NCBI GenBank assembly: GCA_963837955.1
Contig: CAWIPH010000002.1
Span: 3,680,001 to 3,744,000 of the forward strand
Direction of reading: 5' to 3'
DNA: 64,000 bases
Origin: an uncultured Verrucomicrobiae bacterium
Lineage (GTDB): Bacteria; Verrucomicrobiota; Verrucomicrobiia; Chthoniobacterales; JAFAMB01
Shown here: positions 18,758 through 29,479 of the stretch, in pieces
Layout: every line of letters starts with the position of its first letter
Position numbering within the stretch: position 1 is the first letter of the stretch
The notes under the pieces: model-generated
The model's input: the letters and a program-made list of their open reading frames with translations, nothing else
What the model was told of the DNA's origin: nothing
The model's database searches: none
Program-made: the position numbers and the translations under genes

Positions 18758-19977
18758 GCGATCTTTGGCCAGTAGAAATCATTAACACCGGTACGGAACT
18801 TTTGTTCGGCAGCGTGGTCAACACGCATCTCGCTTACCTCGGACAACAGCTCTTGCCGCTGGGGCTTAGGGTCAACCGTCAGACCACGATTCCGGATGGT
18901 CAGCCGATCGCCGATGCCGTTCGAGAAGCGGCATCCCGTTGTCGGATGATGTTCATAACCGGTGGATTGGGGCCCACCTCCGACGACGTAACTCGCGAAC
19001 TCGTGGCTGAGCTGACCGGCCGGCCGCTCCGCTTCGATGAAAGTATCTTCTCTCAGATTGAAGAACATTTCGCGAAACGAGGGTTCCATCTGACCGACCC
19101 CATCAAACGCCAAGCCTACGTTCCCGACGGCGCAACCGTTTTGCCAAACGATTTCGGGACAGCACCCGGACTTTATCTTCCGGCGACTTCCGCGTTTCCG
19201 CATCTCTTTCTGCTTCCCGGTCCTCCCCGGGAGTTGCGACCGATGTTTCAGGTTTACGTAGCTCCGAAAGTAGCAGAAATCGTCGGTCATTCGGATCTGA
19301 AAGCCATCGTGTTTCGAACAAGTGGAATTGGAGAGTCGTTCATCCAAGAGATGGTTGGAGCCGAGCTGGATATGGTTAACGGAGTTGAGGTCGGATATTG
19401 TGCCGGGGTCGGTTCAGTCGACCTCAGGATTGCCGGAGCTGGCGATGCGGTTGAGCAAGGTGCCAAGATCGTTCGAGAAAGACTCGAACCCTATATCATC
19501 AGCACCGATGGAAGGGAGCTAGAAGAGATCGTAGTGGAGCTGCTGGCCAAGCGAAATGAAACGATCGCCGTCGCCGAATCGTGTACTGGAGGTTGGCTAG
19601 CGAACCGGATCACCAATGTCTCAGGCTCGTCGGCCGTGTTTTTGGAGGGAAATATCACCTACTCCAACGAAGCCAAAATTCGTACCTTGAACGTTCCGCC
19701 AGTACTCATTGAACGTTTTGGCGCGGTCAGCGAACAAGTTGCCGCAGCCATGGCTGAGGGAGCTCGGACTAGGTCCCAAGCTCATTATGCGCTTTCCACG
19801 ACCGGTATCGCCGGACCGACAGGCGGGACAGAAGAAAAACCGGTCGGAACGGTTTTTATCGGCATCGCATCAGGCTCGACCGAAGTTCAGAAGCTCTATC
19901 TCCCCACCGATCGCCTGACGTTCAAACAAGTGGTGTCGCAACAAGCGCTGGATTTATTACGGAAAAAGCTGGTGTGA
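18754..19977 (+). CDS. cinA: competence/damage-inducible protein A (MoCF_biosynth plus PncC domains)
   Basis: GTELLFG, TGGLGPTSDD, AESCTGG, GAVS, TGIAGPTGG. Confidence 0.95.
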   Translation: MSDLWPVEIINTGTELLFGSVVNTHLAYLGQQLLPLGLRVNRQTTIPDGQPIADAVREAASRCRMMFITGGLGPTSDDVTRELVAELTGRPLRFDESIFSQIEEHFAKRGFHLTDPIKRQAYVPDGATVLPNDFGTAPGLYLPATSAFPHLFLLPGPPRELRPMFQVYVAPKVAEIVGHSDLKAIVFRTSGIGESFIQEMVGAELDMVNGVEVGYCAGVGSVDLRIAGAGDAVEQGAKIVRERLEPYIISTDGRELEEIVVELLAKRNETIAVAESCTGGWLANRITNVSGSSAVFLEGNITYSNEAKIRTLNVPPVLIERFGAVSEQVAAAMAEGARTRSQAHYALSTTGIAGPTGGTEEKPVGTVFIGIASGSTEVQKLYLPTDRLTFKQVVSQQALDLLRKKLV

Positions 19978-20020
19978 GCCGGTGAGATTCGTTGCTTTTC
20001 AACGACTCGGCACACCCAAC

Positions 20021-20164
20021 GTCGGAGGGTGCGCCGCTTGCGGCGCCCGGAAGCTATCTCGCGTCTACCGAGGAATCGAGCCAAGGATCGTGATTGGGCG
20101 TTTGTGTGCGGATTTCGGATCGCGCTGGGTGTTTCCGGGCGCCGCAAGCGGCGCACCCTCCGAC
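20021..20164. repeat. perfect 32-bp inverted repeat pair (GGAG-type REP doublet) between convergent genes
   Basis: 20021-20052 is the exact reverse complement of 20133-20164. Confidence 0.85.
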
Positions 20165-20196
20165 AATTTGGCGAAATCGGAAGCCGATCCCCCCAA

Positions 20197-21711
20197 TCAC
20201 GCCATCAAATGGAGCAAAGCCTCTTGCGAAAACTGGTCATGGGGCACTTCTCCAGTGAGAAACCCTTCCCGCATCGTAATGATACGCCGGCTTAGACTCA
20301 GCAGTTCCGGCAATTCGGAAGAAATCATGAGCACTGCTACCCCTTGGCAGGCGACCTCATCGAGAAGCTCATAAATTTCCGCTTTTGCTCCGACATCCAC
20401 GCCGCGCGTCGGTTCGTCGACGATGAGCAGATCGCAACTCCGGGCCAGCCATTTGGCGATTGCCACCTTTTGCTGATTGCCCCCGCTGAGACCAGCGGTA
20501 ACGGAGTCAAGCGTAGGAGCCTTTACCCGCAGCCGATCGGTTAGCTTCTTCACTTCGGAGCGCTCTTTTCTCTGATCGACAAATCCCAGACGGCTGAAGA
20601 AATCCAGATGGGGGAGCGAGATATTGTCCAAGATGCTCATCATCAAGATGAGACCCTCTTTCTTGCGATCTTCCGGAAGGTAGCCAATTCGTCTCTTCAT
20701 CGACTCATTCACCCTGCCCAGGTGAACCTTCTCTCCTTTGATGTAAAGGTCCCCGGTCGCGAGCCTATCTAATCCGAAAATTGCTTTTGCGACATCGGTC
20801 CGGCCGGCACCGACCAGACCTGCCATCCCCACTATCTCGTTGCGCCGTACTGTCAGTGCAATTTTCTCAAATTTTCCAATAGAGGAGAGATTCTCGACTC
20901 GCAGGATTTCCTCGCCCGGCGTCAAATCAAGGTGATTTGGCCGTTTCGCCAGGACATCTCGACCCACCATCTGCCGAATCAATCGCTGGCGATTCGTTTG
21001 GGCGATAGGCTCCGTCGCAACATGCTTGCCGTCTCGCAGCACCGTCACCATATCGCCGAGACGAAAAATCTCATCCATTCGATGCGAGACATAGATGATC
21101 GTCGTACCGCGCTCCTTCAGCCGGCTGATCAATCGGAATAGTTGCTCACTTTCGTTGACCGAAAGGGAACTGGTCGGTTCATCAAAGATGATAATACGAG
21201 CGTTAATTCCGATAGCGGAAGCAATCTGCACCATTTGCTCTTGGCCCGTGGTCAGTTGGGCCACCGGAGTATGGACATCCATATCGACACCGATCTCCGC
21301 CATCAATTGCCGGGCTCGCGTGACCAAGCGTGATCGATCGACGAATCCAAATTTCTCTGGGGTGGTACCGAGCTGAAGATTCTCCGCCACACTTAGATTC
21401 GGACAAAAAGCCAGCTCCTGGTGTACCAACGCAATACCCAATCTCTGGGCCGAAAGCGGATCGGTGGGGTAAACCACTTCCCCTTCAATCTTTATGACGC
21501 CGGAGTCTGCCTGATAAATGCCGGCAATGATTTTTCCCAAAGTACTTTTCCCGGCACCGTTCTCGCCCATGAGTGCGTGGACAGAGCCCTTCTCGAAGTC
21601 GACGGAAACATCGTCCAATGCGCGCACACCGGGAAAAATCTTCGAAATATGTTCGACGCTGAGAAAGGCCACGTGATTTGGGAGGTTAATTACGGGAGCG
21701 TTCGCTAACAA
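20197..21711 (-). CDS. sugar ABC transporter ATP-binding protein (RbsA/MglA type)
   Basis: GENGAGKST, DEPTSSL, LSGGNQQK, DEPTRGVDVGAK. Confidence 0.96.
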   Translation of the reverse strand: MLANAPVINLPNHVAFLSVEHISKIFPGVRALDDVSVDFEKGSVHALMGENGAGKSTLGKIIAGIYQADSGVIKIEGEVVYPTDPLSAQRLGIALVHQELAFCPNLSVAENLQLGTTPEKFGFVDRSRLVTRARQLMAEIGVDMDVHTPVAQLTTGQEQMVQIASAIGINARIIIFDEPTSSLSVNESEQLFRLISRLKERGTTIIYVSHRMDEIFRLGDMVTVLRDGKHVATEPIAQTNRQRLIRQMVGRDVLAKRPNHLDLTPGEEILRVENLSSIGKFEKIALTVRRNEIVGMAGLVGAGRTDVAKAIFGLDRLATGDLYIKGEKVHLGRVNESMKRRIGYLPEDRKKEGLILMMSILDNISLPHLDFFSRLGFVDQRKERSEVKKLTDRLRVKAPTLDSVTAGLSGGNQQKVAIAKWLARSCDLLIVDEPTRGVDVGAKAEIYELLDEVACQGVAVLMISSELPELLSLSRRIITMREGFLTGEVPHDQFSQEALLHLMA

Positions 21712-21813
21712 GAACCGGCGTCCGCATCAGATGCCGGAAAGGCTCTGGAAGAACGAGGTGCTCTCGAAGCAGCAACTTCGAGAGCACCATGAATTGCAGA
21801 ATAGTTACTTAAC

Positions 21814-22773
21814 TCACTTGGGCAGCCACTTGTCCCAATTCTTGGCAAACTCGTCTACGTTCGCTTTGGTAATCGGAATCAGATCCGCTTTCACAAAGGT
21901 CGACGGCGGATTCTTCTTCTCCGCAGCCTTAGCGTAGAGCATGTCGACCGACTTGGTGCCCCACTCGTAGACCTGTTGGGCGAGTAGCACCTGGACGTGA
22001 CCATCACGCAGGTAACCGAGTTCAGCTGGGAGAGCATCGACGGCAACTACTTTGACGCTACCAGGGGAGAACTTGAGTGCATTGTCCGTAAAAAGCGGCC
22101 AACCACCAACCATTGCCCATCCGGTAATTTCTGGGTGCGCTTGCATCACTTGCTCGACTTTCGCTGCAGCATCTTGCGGCGTTTCTTTGTGATAGTAAGT
22201 ATCGATGATCTTGATGCCAGGCGATTTTTGCGCCTCTTCCTTTACTCCCGCGACGCGCTTCTGCAGATTCGGCGCATTTTGGTTACCTGCCAAAATCGCG
22301 ACGACACCTTTGCCGTTCATCTCCTTGGCCAATTCCGACATGACCTTGTGACCGCAGTCGATATCGTCTGTGCCAAAGTTGGCGAGACGCTTGCTCTTCG
22401 GCACATCCGAGTCAAAGCAGGTTACGGGCACACCTTTAGCCACAGCACTATTGATGGCATCGGTGAGCTTATTGGCGTCCGAGGCGCTCACAGCAATACC
22501 GGAAGCACCGGCATTCACGAGCTGTTCGATTGCTTCTACCTGTTTTTGTGGATCTTCTTCGTTCGGCGTTCGCCAATCGATTTTGATCGTCACACCATTT
22601 TTTTCGCTCAAGGCCTTCGCCTCGTCTTCAGCACCAGTCTTCGCTGCTTGGAAGACTGGGTTATTGTTAGACTTGGCTACAATGCCAAAAGTGTAGGTTT
22701 TATCCGCAGCAAAACTACCTGCTGCGAGCAAGCCAAGAAGGCTTGCGACGGCTACTGTTGTTTTTCTAATCAT
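21814..22773 (-). CDS. sugar ABC transporter substrate-binding protein
   Basis: signal peptide; NNPVF, FDSD, Peripla_BP-type motifs. Confidence 0.93.
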   Translation of the reverse strand: MIRKTTVAVASLLGLLAAGSFAADKTYTFGIVAKSNNNPVFQAAKTGAEDEAKALSEKNGVTIKIDWRTPNEEDPQKQVEAIEQLVNAGASGIAVSASDANKLTDAINSAVAKGVPVTCFDSDVPKSKRLANFGTDDIDCGHKVMSELAKEMNGKGVVAILAGNQNAPNLQKRVAGVKEEAQKSPGIKIIDTYYHKETPQDAAAKVEQVMQAHPEITGWAMVGGWPLFTDNALKFSPGSVKVVAVDALPAELGYLRDGHVQVLLAQQVYEWGTKSVDMLYAKAAEKKNPPSTFVKADLIPITKANVDEFAKNWDKWLPK

Positions 22774-22788
22774 TGGGGATTGGGGGCT

Positions 22789-23955
22789 TCAGTTTTGAGC
22801 AGCGGGGACTGGTGCATCGCTTGCTTTAACGACTTCTTTTTTGATGTGAGCAGTACGCGCGAGCAATCTTCGATCACTAATCCAGCGATTAAGCTGATCC
22901 AGAAGCACCGCAGTAATAACTACTACACCGGTGACAATTTGGCTATAGTTTTGCGGGATACCGAGGATGACCATTCCGGTCGAAATCATTTGCAAGATAA
23001 CGGCGCCGAGCACCGCTCCCAGCGCGCTGCCTTTGCCGCCGACCAGAGAAGCACCACCCACGACCGCCGCGGCAATTACCGTGAGCTCGTATCCCTGGCC
23101 GTCGCCGGATGATCCAGCTCCATAATAACCAAGCGCCAGGACTGCGCCGATACCGGCCGTAAGGCCGCTGAGCGTGTAAGCCAGGAGTTTAACCCTACCT
23201 ACGCGGATGCCGCTGTAGCGGCTGGCTGTTTCATTTCCGCCGATTGCGTAGATTCTTCGCCCGATGGTCATCCGGGCGAGGAAAATACCGCCCGCGAGGC
23301 AGACCAAAAGCATCACAATCAAAGGCACGAGACTGAGGTCGCCAATGACACCCTGTCTGACAAAATCACGAAAGCTCTGCGGGAAATTCCCGATCGATTG
23401 GCCGTTTGTTAGTACAAAAGCTATACCTCGGTAGATGGCCATCGTACCGAGAGAGATAATGAAGGGATGCACATTGAATCCCACAGTCATGATACCGTTG
23501 AGGAACCCACAAAGTACAGCCACCCCGATCGTAACCAGAACCCCGACGCAAGCCATCCAGGGGCTCCCATCCGATCCGAATTGAGTCATGTACAGGGCTC
23601 CTGCCACGGCAGCGAGCGCGTAAATCGATCCAACCGAAAGGTCGATACCGGCGGTAATAATCACTACCGTCATCCCGACGGCCATGATCGCGAAAAAACT
23701 CGTATCTTTGGCGATCTGCGTGAGCGTTTCCGCGTTCAAGAACTTGTTTACTTTGACGAGAACCGGGACCTCTTGGCCATTAGCGTCCGTTTGAGTGACT
23801 CGAGTTGCTTCACCATCAGGCCCTATCACGATCTTTGGACGCTCGACCTCACCGCCAAATATGGTGAGGAGCAACCCCAGAACCAAGATTACCACAATCA
23901 ACCCGCCCTCGGGGAATCTAGAGAGTCTAAGTCTGAACTTGGGACGAGACGACAT
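22789..23955 (-). CDS. sugar ABC transporter permease (RbsC type)
   Basis: GIDLSVGS, GRRIYAIGGN, YELTVIAAAVVGG. Confidence 0.95.
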   Translation of the reverse strand: MSSRPKFRLRLSRFPEGGLIVVILVLGLLLTIFGGEVERPKIVIGPDGEATRVTQTDANGQEVPVLVKVNKFLNAETLTQIAKDTSFFAIMAVGMTVVIITAGIDLSVGSIYALAAVAGALYMTQFGSDGSPWMACVGVLVTIGVAVLCGFLNGIMTVGFNVHPFIISLGTMAIYRGIAFVLTNGQSIGNFPQSFRDFVRQGVIGDLSLVPLIVMLLVCLAGGIFLARMTIGRRIYAIGGNETASRYSGIRVGRVKLLAYTLSGLTAGIGAVLALGYYGAGSSGDGQGYELTVIAAAVVGGASLVGGKGSALGAVLGAVILQMISTGMVILGIPQNYSQIVTGVVVITAVLLDQLNRWISDRRLLARTAHIKKEVVKASDAPVPAAQN

Positions 23956-24132
23956 GGGGAACGCTTCCCCTCTCTATTGCAACCGCTCACGAAGTCAAGT
24001 GCTTGACATCATGAAATAAGAACGCGGACAGACCACCGGTCGCCCATTCGTTGCGCCGGAATTTTATTCAGTTACGAATTTTTTTGTTACTCAAAAAAAG
24101 TCAGCACCCTTTGACCCAACTAAGATACTTTT

Positions 24133-24759
24133 TCAGTTCTCCACTCGCACGATCGTACCCACGTTCACCTTCAAATAAAGGTCGTGAGCAATTTCGGACG
24201 GTAAACGAATACAGCCGTGCGACGCGGCATAGCCGGGAAGAATCCCCACATGCATGCCCACACCTTCCCAGGTGAGTCGCATAAACCAAGTCATAGGCGC
24301 ACCCTCGAAATGGGTTCCGCTCGGAGCACTATCAATTAGCGCGCTGACCCCGCCCCGGACGATGCGGCCGTGTGAATCGACAAAGTTGCCATATACATTG
24401 GAATGGTGATCCGGGTCCTTTTGTAGAATCGGAAAGGTACCGGTGGGAGTCGGCCGCGCTTTCTTTCCCGACGATACCGGCGAATCAATGGCGATTTCGT
24501 CTCCAGCCTTCACGTAAAGCCGCTGCCCCGGGATGGAGACCACGATCGAAATGTTCTCAGGCGTCAATTTATCGTAGGCTGCCTTATTGATAACCGCCGG
24601 CGCTTGGGTGGTCAGGAGTTGGCTTGGCGCAGTGACTTTCGCTTTCTGCTGCGACTTAAACCACAAAAAGTCAGCCTGGGCGGGCAGAGAGCCGAGAACC
24701 AGGAGAAAAAGGGTCGACAATGCGTGGCAAAGAGTCAGCCGGTGCGTTAAAAAGTTCAT
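24133..24759 (-). CDS. L,D-transpeptidase family protein
   Basis: signal peptide, PTPTGTF, GMHVG..ASHGCIRL. Confidence 0.93.
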   Translation of the reverse strand: MNFLTHRLTLCHALSTLFLLVLGSLPAQADFLWFKSQQKAKVTAPSQLLTTQAPAVINKAAYDKLTPENISIVVSIPGQRLYVKAGDEIAIDSPVSSGKKARPTPTGTFPILQKDPDHHSNVYGNFVDSHGRIVRGGVSALIDSAPSGTHFEGAPMTWFMRLTWEGVGMHVGILPGYAASHGCIRLPSEIAHDLYLKVNVGTIVRVEN

Positions 24760-24950
24760 CTGCTGCGTGATAATCCGCTACGGATAGCGGATTTGGCGAT
24801 AGTGAATCAATCTAAAACCGGGCAGCCTCCCGAGCGCGGAGCGTCTGTCCGAGGCTGAAAACGCGAAATTTCGTGGCGACCCGCAGCACTCCCCGCTACC
24901 GTTTCGCGTTCCCGGCTGCCAGTATCCTGTACTCTGCTTTTACGCTTAAA

Positions 24951-25868
24951 ATGCTTCACTTGATCGATTCTTTTCACCTGAATACTTCAAATGTCATTTG
25001 TGTTGGGGTGATCGAAGCGGCCCCGGACACGCTGATCATGGTCGACTGCGGGCCAGCTAATGTGTTTGAAAATGTGGTCAACGAGCTGCAAAAACGGGGA
25101 CTGCCTCCCGAACGTGTCCGCCATCTTTTCGCGACGCATATTCATCTCGACCACAACGGCGGCGCTTGGCGCTGGCAGAAAGAATATGGCACGGTCGTCC
25201 ACGTTCATCCGAAAGGCGCACCGCATCTGGTCGATCCGTCGAAGTTGCTGGGAAGCGCAACCCGAATCTACGGCGATCGAATGGATTATCTCTGGGGCCC
25301 GATCGAAGCGATTCCAGAGGTCGCGGTTCAGCCCACCACCGATGGAGAAGTAATCCAGATCGGGGAAATAGCTTTACAGGTCGTCGAAACACCTGGTCAC
25401 GCCCAGCACCATAACGCTTACTACTTACCCTCCGAGCGCCTTCTTTTTGCGGGTGACCTCGCCGGCGTGGCCATCGGCAGCGGGCCGGTCCTTCCGCCCT
25501 GCCCTCCTCCCGATATCGACATAGAGACTTGGAACTTGTCGATCGACAGGATCCAACAGCTCGAACTCGACCGGCTCTGTCTGACCCATTTTGGCGAATT
25601 CCGTAACCCGAAAAGGCACTTCAAGGAATTGAGGGATCGACTGTCGGCGTGGGCCAAATGGATGAAAGACGCTTTGCGATCCGGAAAGTCGGAAGAGGCC
25701 ATTGTCCCCGAATTTGAGCGTTTCGCAGAGCAAGAAATACTTGGTTCAGGTGTTGGCCCGGAAGAAGTAGCGGTTTATGAACAAGCCGACCCGGCGGCCA
25801 TGAGCGTGACTGGACTTAGCCGCTATTGGAAAAAATACCATCCGGAAGAGCTAACGGCCGGCAGTTAG
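24951..25868 (+). CDS. MBL-fold metallo-hydrolase
   Basis: THIHLDHNG, TPGHAQHH, FAGD, THFG. Confidence 0.93.
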   Translation: MLHLIDSFHLNTSNVICVGVIEAAPDTLIMVDCGPANVFENVVNELQKRGLPPERVRHLFATHIHLDHNGGAWRWQKEYGTVVHVHPKGAPHLVDPSKLLGSATRIYGDRMDYLWGPIEAIPEVAVQPTTDGEVIQIGEIALQVVETPGHAQHHNAYYLPSERLLFAGDLAGVAIGSGPVLPPCPPPDIDIETWNLSIDRIQQLELDRLCLTHFGEFRNPKRHFKELRDRLSAWAKWMKDALRSGKSEEAIVPEFERFAEQEILGSGVGPEEVAVYEQADPAAMSVTGLSRYWKKYHPEELTAGS

Positions 25869-25922
25869 CGGTTAATGCTTGGCGGTTGGCATTTGTCACC
25901 CGACCCATGTATCCTACCTCCT

Positions 25923-26180
25923 ATGGAATCTTTTGGCCAAGACGCGCCCGGCCCGAGCTGGAAAGAGCTCGAAGAACAATTTCGAACGCGGCCGTTGCAG
26001 TCCGCTCTCATCGCATTTGGAGTGGGTTTGCTATTGAGCTTCGGACCGATAAGGGGCCTTATCGGTCTGGCGTTTCGCCTTTTCTCCTTCGCGCTAAAGC
26101 CTGCTTTGCTGATCCTGGGCGCCGTGAAACTCTACGAATACGCCACGCAACGACCTTCAACCGACGAAGAAAAACATTAA
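25923..26180 (+). CDS. small membrane protein
   Basis: ATG ORF with hydrophobic helices (RPLQSALIAFGVGLLL). Confidence 0.6.
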   Translation: MESFGQDAPGPSWKELEEQFRTRPLQSALIAFGVGLLLSFGPIRGLIGLAFRLFSFALKPALLILGAVKLYEYATQRPSTDEEKH

Positions 26181-26287
26181 TCACTGCTGTTGGGACGGTA
26201 GGATCCCGCAGGTGGCGCACCACCCCTAAAGTTCCTTTGACCCTTTGCACGGGAGCTGTTAACAATTCGCGAATAAGGCAAAGGCAA

Positions 26288-26713
26288 ATGAAACTCTTGG
26301 CGTTACTAGGCGTGCTATTGGTCTCGACCGCTTTGGCGGGCGCGAATGGCTGCGACGATTTCGGGCAAGCGGTAGACACGTTTATCTCCAGCATCCGCGA
26401 TTCAGGAAAAAAGCTGGATCAAGTCGCCAACGCCCATGATTTCGCTCAAGCGCTCAATTCCTTTTCCGATGCCACTGAGACCTTTACTAAACGAGTGAAG
26501 GAATTGGGTCCCGAACTCGTAAAACTGAGCGCCTCGAATCCAAATACGCCACCGGTCGGCTGCGACAAAGCGCAGGAGCGACTCACCAGCTTCGAGTCGG
26601 ACCTCAACTCCATTGGATCCAAGTTCGGATCTGAAGGCCAAAAATACATTAGCGATGACGAAGTGAAGCAGGCCTTCGAGCGGCTCAAAAATCTGCAATT
26701 GAAGGAAAACTAG
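26288..26713 (+). CDS. secreted helical hypothetical protein
   Basis: signal peptide MKLLALLGVLLVSTALAG. Confidence 0.75.
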   Translation: MKLLALLGVLLVSTALAGANGCDDFGQAVDTFISSIRDSGKKLDQVANAHDFAQALNSFSDATETFTKRVKELGPELVKLSASNPNTPPVGCDKAQERLTSFESDLNSIGSKFGSEGQKYISDDEVKQAFERLKNLQLKEN

Positions 26714-26853
26714 TCCGTAAGCAGTAAGCGGCAAGCAGGCCAATGGCACGGTCTGGCATCGGAAGCGGATTCTACGAAAGATTTCAGGTCTCCATGACGA
26801 GTCGCGGTGACTGATTACTGATTACCGATACTACGTACTGCTCTCATCTAGTC

Positions 26854-27537
26854 ATGTGCGGACGCTATCGGCGCACCACCCGCGAGGAAGAGCTCGCTCG
26901 GCGATGGAGTATACCCATTCCAGCCCAGGGCGATCTCCCTATTTCCTGGAACATAGCTCCCAGCACGGAGGTACTGGCGATCCGGCTTAAGCGAGACACA
27001 AAAGCGCAATCGTTCGACTGGCTCAGATGGGGTCTTATTCCTTATTGGTCGAAGGATAGGCGCGTCGCTTACAGTACGATTAATGCGCGGGCCGAGACCA
27101 TTGAGAAGACCCCTGCGTTTCGGTACGCATTCCAAAAACGTCGATGCCTGATCCCGGCGGATGGATTCTATGAGTGGCGCAAAACACGCCCACCAAAAGT
27201 CCCTTTCCACATCGAGCTTAAGGAAGGATTACCCTTCTGCTTCGCCGGAGTCTGGGAAGCTTGGCAAGATCCGGAAAATGGAGAATGGCTGCGCTCCTGT
27301 TCGATCATCACGACCGAAGCGAACGACCTGATTGCGCAGATCCATGACCGAATGCCTGTCATATTGCGGGAAGCCGATTTTCCCGCCTGGCTCGGCGACA
27401 CGAGCGAAGCGGACCTGAAATCGCTACTTCGCCCTTATCCTTCCGAGGAAATGCAGATGTGGGAAATTAGTTCGCGCGTTAATACGCCTGTCAACAATGA
27501 TCCCGAGATCATCGCGCCGGTTCCAATGACGAGTTAG
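26854..27537 (+). CDS. SOS response-associated peptidase (SRAP/YedK/HMCES)
   Basis: N-terminal MCGRY, NARAET, GFYEW, IHDRMP. Confidence 0.95.
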   Translation: MCGRYRRTTREEELARRWSIPIPAQGDLPISWNIAPSTEVLAIRLKRDTKAQSFDWLRWGLIPYWSKDRRVAYSTINARAETIEKTPAFRYAFQKRRCLIPADGFYEWRKTRPPKVPFHIELKEGLPFCFAGVWEAWQDPENGEWLRSCSIITTEANDLIAQIHDRMPVILREADFPAWLGDTSEADLKSLLRPYPSEEMQMWEISSRVNTPVNNDPEIIAPVPMTS

Positions 27538-27585
27538 CGTTTGGCGTTTGGCGTTTGGCGTTCGGCGTTCGGCGTTCGGCGATGG

Positions 27586-27644
27586 GTAGGGCGACACAGA
27601 TCCAGCGAAAGCAGGATCTGTGAGCCTGGATTAACGTGGTAGCA
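27586..27644 (+). repeat. GTAG-type REP (family C); inverted copy at 29337-29397, direct copy at 31869-31910
   Basis: gtagggcga.acagatccagcgaaagcaggatctgtgagcct hairpin found three times. Confidence 0.85.
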
Positions 27645-27680
27645 GAGCAACGGCTCGGAGCGGTGGCAATGCTCCGGAAA

Positions 27681-27890
27681 TTAACGCACAAACCCCTCGT
27701 ACCTCTCTCGAGTGATCTCGCGCACTGCGAAACAATCCTTCGCGCGTCCAGTCTTTTGCGCAGCCAACGCCAGCACACCTGGCGCACTCATGCCAACAGC
27801 CACGATCTCGCCGGTCTCTCCATCAATCGCGGCGTAGTAGAAATCGAAGTCCGGCGAACGCGAACCGATCGAAAAGTTGTTCATAGGCAT
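27681..27890 (-). CDS. small hypothetical protein
   Basis: ATG ORF of 69 aa. Confidence 0.45.
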   Translation of the reverse strand: MPMNNFSIGSRSPDFDFYYAAIDGETGEIVAVGMSAPGVLALAAQKTGRAKDCFAVREITRERYEGFVR

Positions 27891-28266
27891 ATAGTGTTCA
27901 TACGAACATAAGTTCGGCAAGCCGAAATTGGCGAATTCGCGTCGAGCAAAGGATTGGTCGTGGCGACGCTTGGATCCGCCCGATCGCAAATTTCAAATGC
28001 GCGGGTGTTGGATACCGCCAGTCGGGGCCGTCGTGCCATAATCTATGGACTGGATTGCACAGCCGCGTAATTTGCCTGAGCCGATCACCATGAGCTATCG
28101 ATAACCGGCTCTTGGGCGTTTTTTACCGTAACCACGTTGCTCCCCAGAACCATGAAACCCAGCTCACCTCCAATAGAAACATCACGAGACGAACGCCACG
28201 CCGTCAAAGTGATCCGGCATAAAAAGGAAGGCACGGTCTCAATGCGGATTTACGAAGGGTAAGACT

Positions 28267-28569
28267 ATGCCTCTCTACACTAACTGCGCTCTTCGGGTCA
28301 AAGTACCGGCGAATTATTCGAGGAAGGATGAGCTAACCAAGGCTCTTGAATCCGAATTCGTAGGTTGCGAAATGAATTTTGAAGAATCCGAAACCAGCGA
28401 ACCCTACGTGGAGGAAGCTATCGTCCCCGAAGCTACTCAACTGGGCGGTCTGCAGCCGAGCGAATGGGCATCTTTAGGTGGTACTGGGTCGATGGGCAAC
28501 GTCTCCGGGGAATTCTTGATCCGTTCCGCGTCGGAGAAGATTCGAAAATTCCTCGAAGATTCCAAGTAA
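28267..28569 (+). CDS. hypothetical protein
   Basis: ATG ORF with upstream GAAGG, 100 aa. Confidence 0.55.
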   Translation: MPLYTNCALRVKVPANYSRKDELTKALESEFVGCEMNFEESETSEPYVEEAIVPEATQLGGLQPSEWASLGGTGSMGNVSGEFLIRSASEKIRKFLEDSK

Positions 28570-28609
28570 TTGAGGAACGGGCATTCTGCGAACCAGGAGT
28601 TGTTCCTAT

Positions 28610-28975
28610 ATGCTATACAAGCTCGCGCATTTTGCGGGCTGTCGCATGACGGACAATCCAGAGGAGCCCCATCATCTTGTCGTGCGTTTCGAGGATAAGA
28701 CAGACGCCCGCATTGATAATGTGATTTCCAGATTAGCAGAGCGGACGCAGGTACTCAATCTTCGTTGCACGGATATTAGTAAAACCCGGGTAGATACAAT
28801 ATTTACTCAGGTTTTTGGATACTCGGTGATGATAGATCCGCTGACTCATACCGGACAATGTGTAGAGAAATCGGATAAAAACTTCACCAAAGATGGCAAA
28901 GTTATCGCGTGTCCGATTAGACAGACTACCCCGGGAAATGTCTATCAGCGCGCTGTTAACAATCTAATGGGAACC
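28610..28975 (+). pseudogene. truncated hypothetical gene running into a repeat element
   Basis: protein-like, lower-GC 5' part (CVEKSDKNFTKDGKVIACP..VYQR), then reads into GC-rich inverted repeat. Confidence 0.55.
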
Positions 28976-29011
28976 CTGTCACAGGACATGTCTGGTTCTC
29001 CGCCCCGGAGG

Positions 29012-29275
29012 GGGAGGGCGCACGTCCTCGTGCGCCGCGGATCGCGAGGACGCGATCCCTCCGCGCCCGTGGTTCTAACGCTGGGAAAGGTGTTCCAAAG
29101 GATGCGCCCTGAAAGCAGCGCTAGAATCGATGCTCGCATTGGATTCGTGGCTGTGACATTGGCTCCTAGTGCCCCTCCAGGGCAGACCGGGTCAATAATA
29201 AACCCGAGGTTAAAACCCCGGGCAGGAGAGATCGCGCCCTCGCGATCCGCGGCGCACGAGGACGTGCGCCCTCCC
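29012..29275. repeat. MITE/REPIN with ~51-bp terminal inverted repeats
   Basis: 29012-29062 vs 29225-29275 reverse complement with two mismatches. Confidence 0.8.
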
Positions 29276-29479
29276 TGCCATTAGACCTGAGCTGCCTTAT
29301 GTTGACGCCATGCGCGGCCCGGGACCGCTACCCGTTTGCTACTCCGTTAATCAAGGCTCACAGATCCTGCTTTCGCTGGATCTGTTTCGCCCTACCCTCA
29401 CGTGCCGATACGCGATCCCTCTCTTGCGGCTTGCGCTCGCCATTGCCGGCTGAATCGACTACAACGCTCGTCCATCCGC

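Noticed and set aside
21997..23112. 371-aa plus-strand ORF
   Set aside because: Antisense shadow of the ABC substrate-binding and permease genes
25826..26287. Long N-terminal extension of the 26288 gene
   Set aside because: Overlaps another plausible gene; the signal peptide begins at the ATG at 26288
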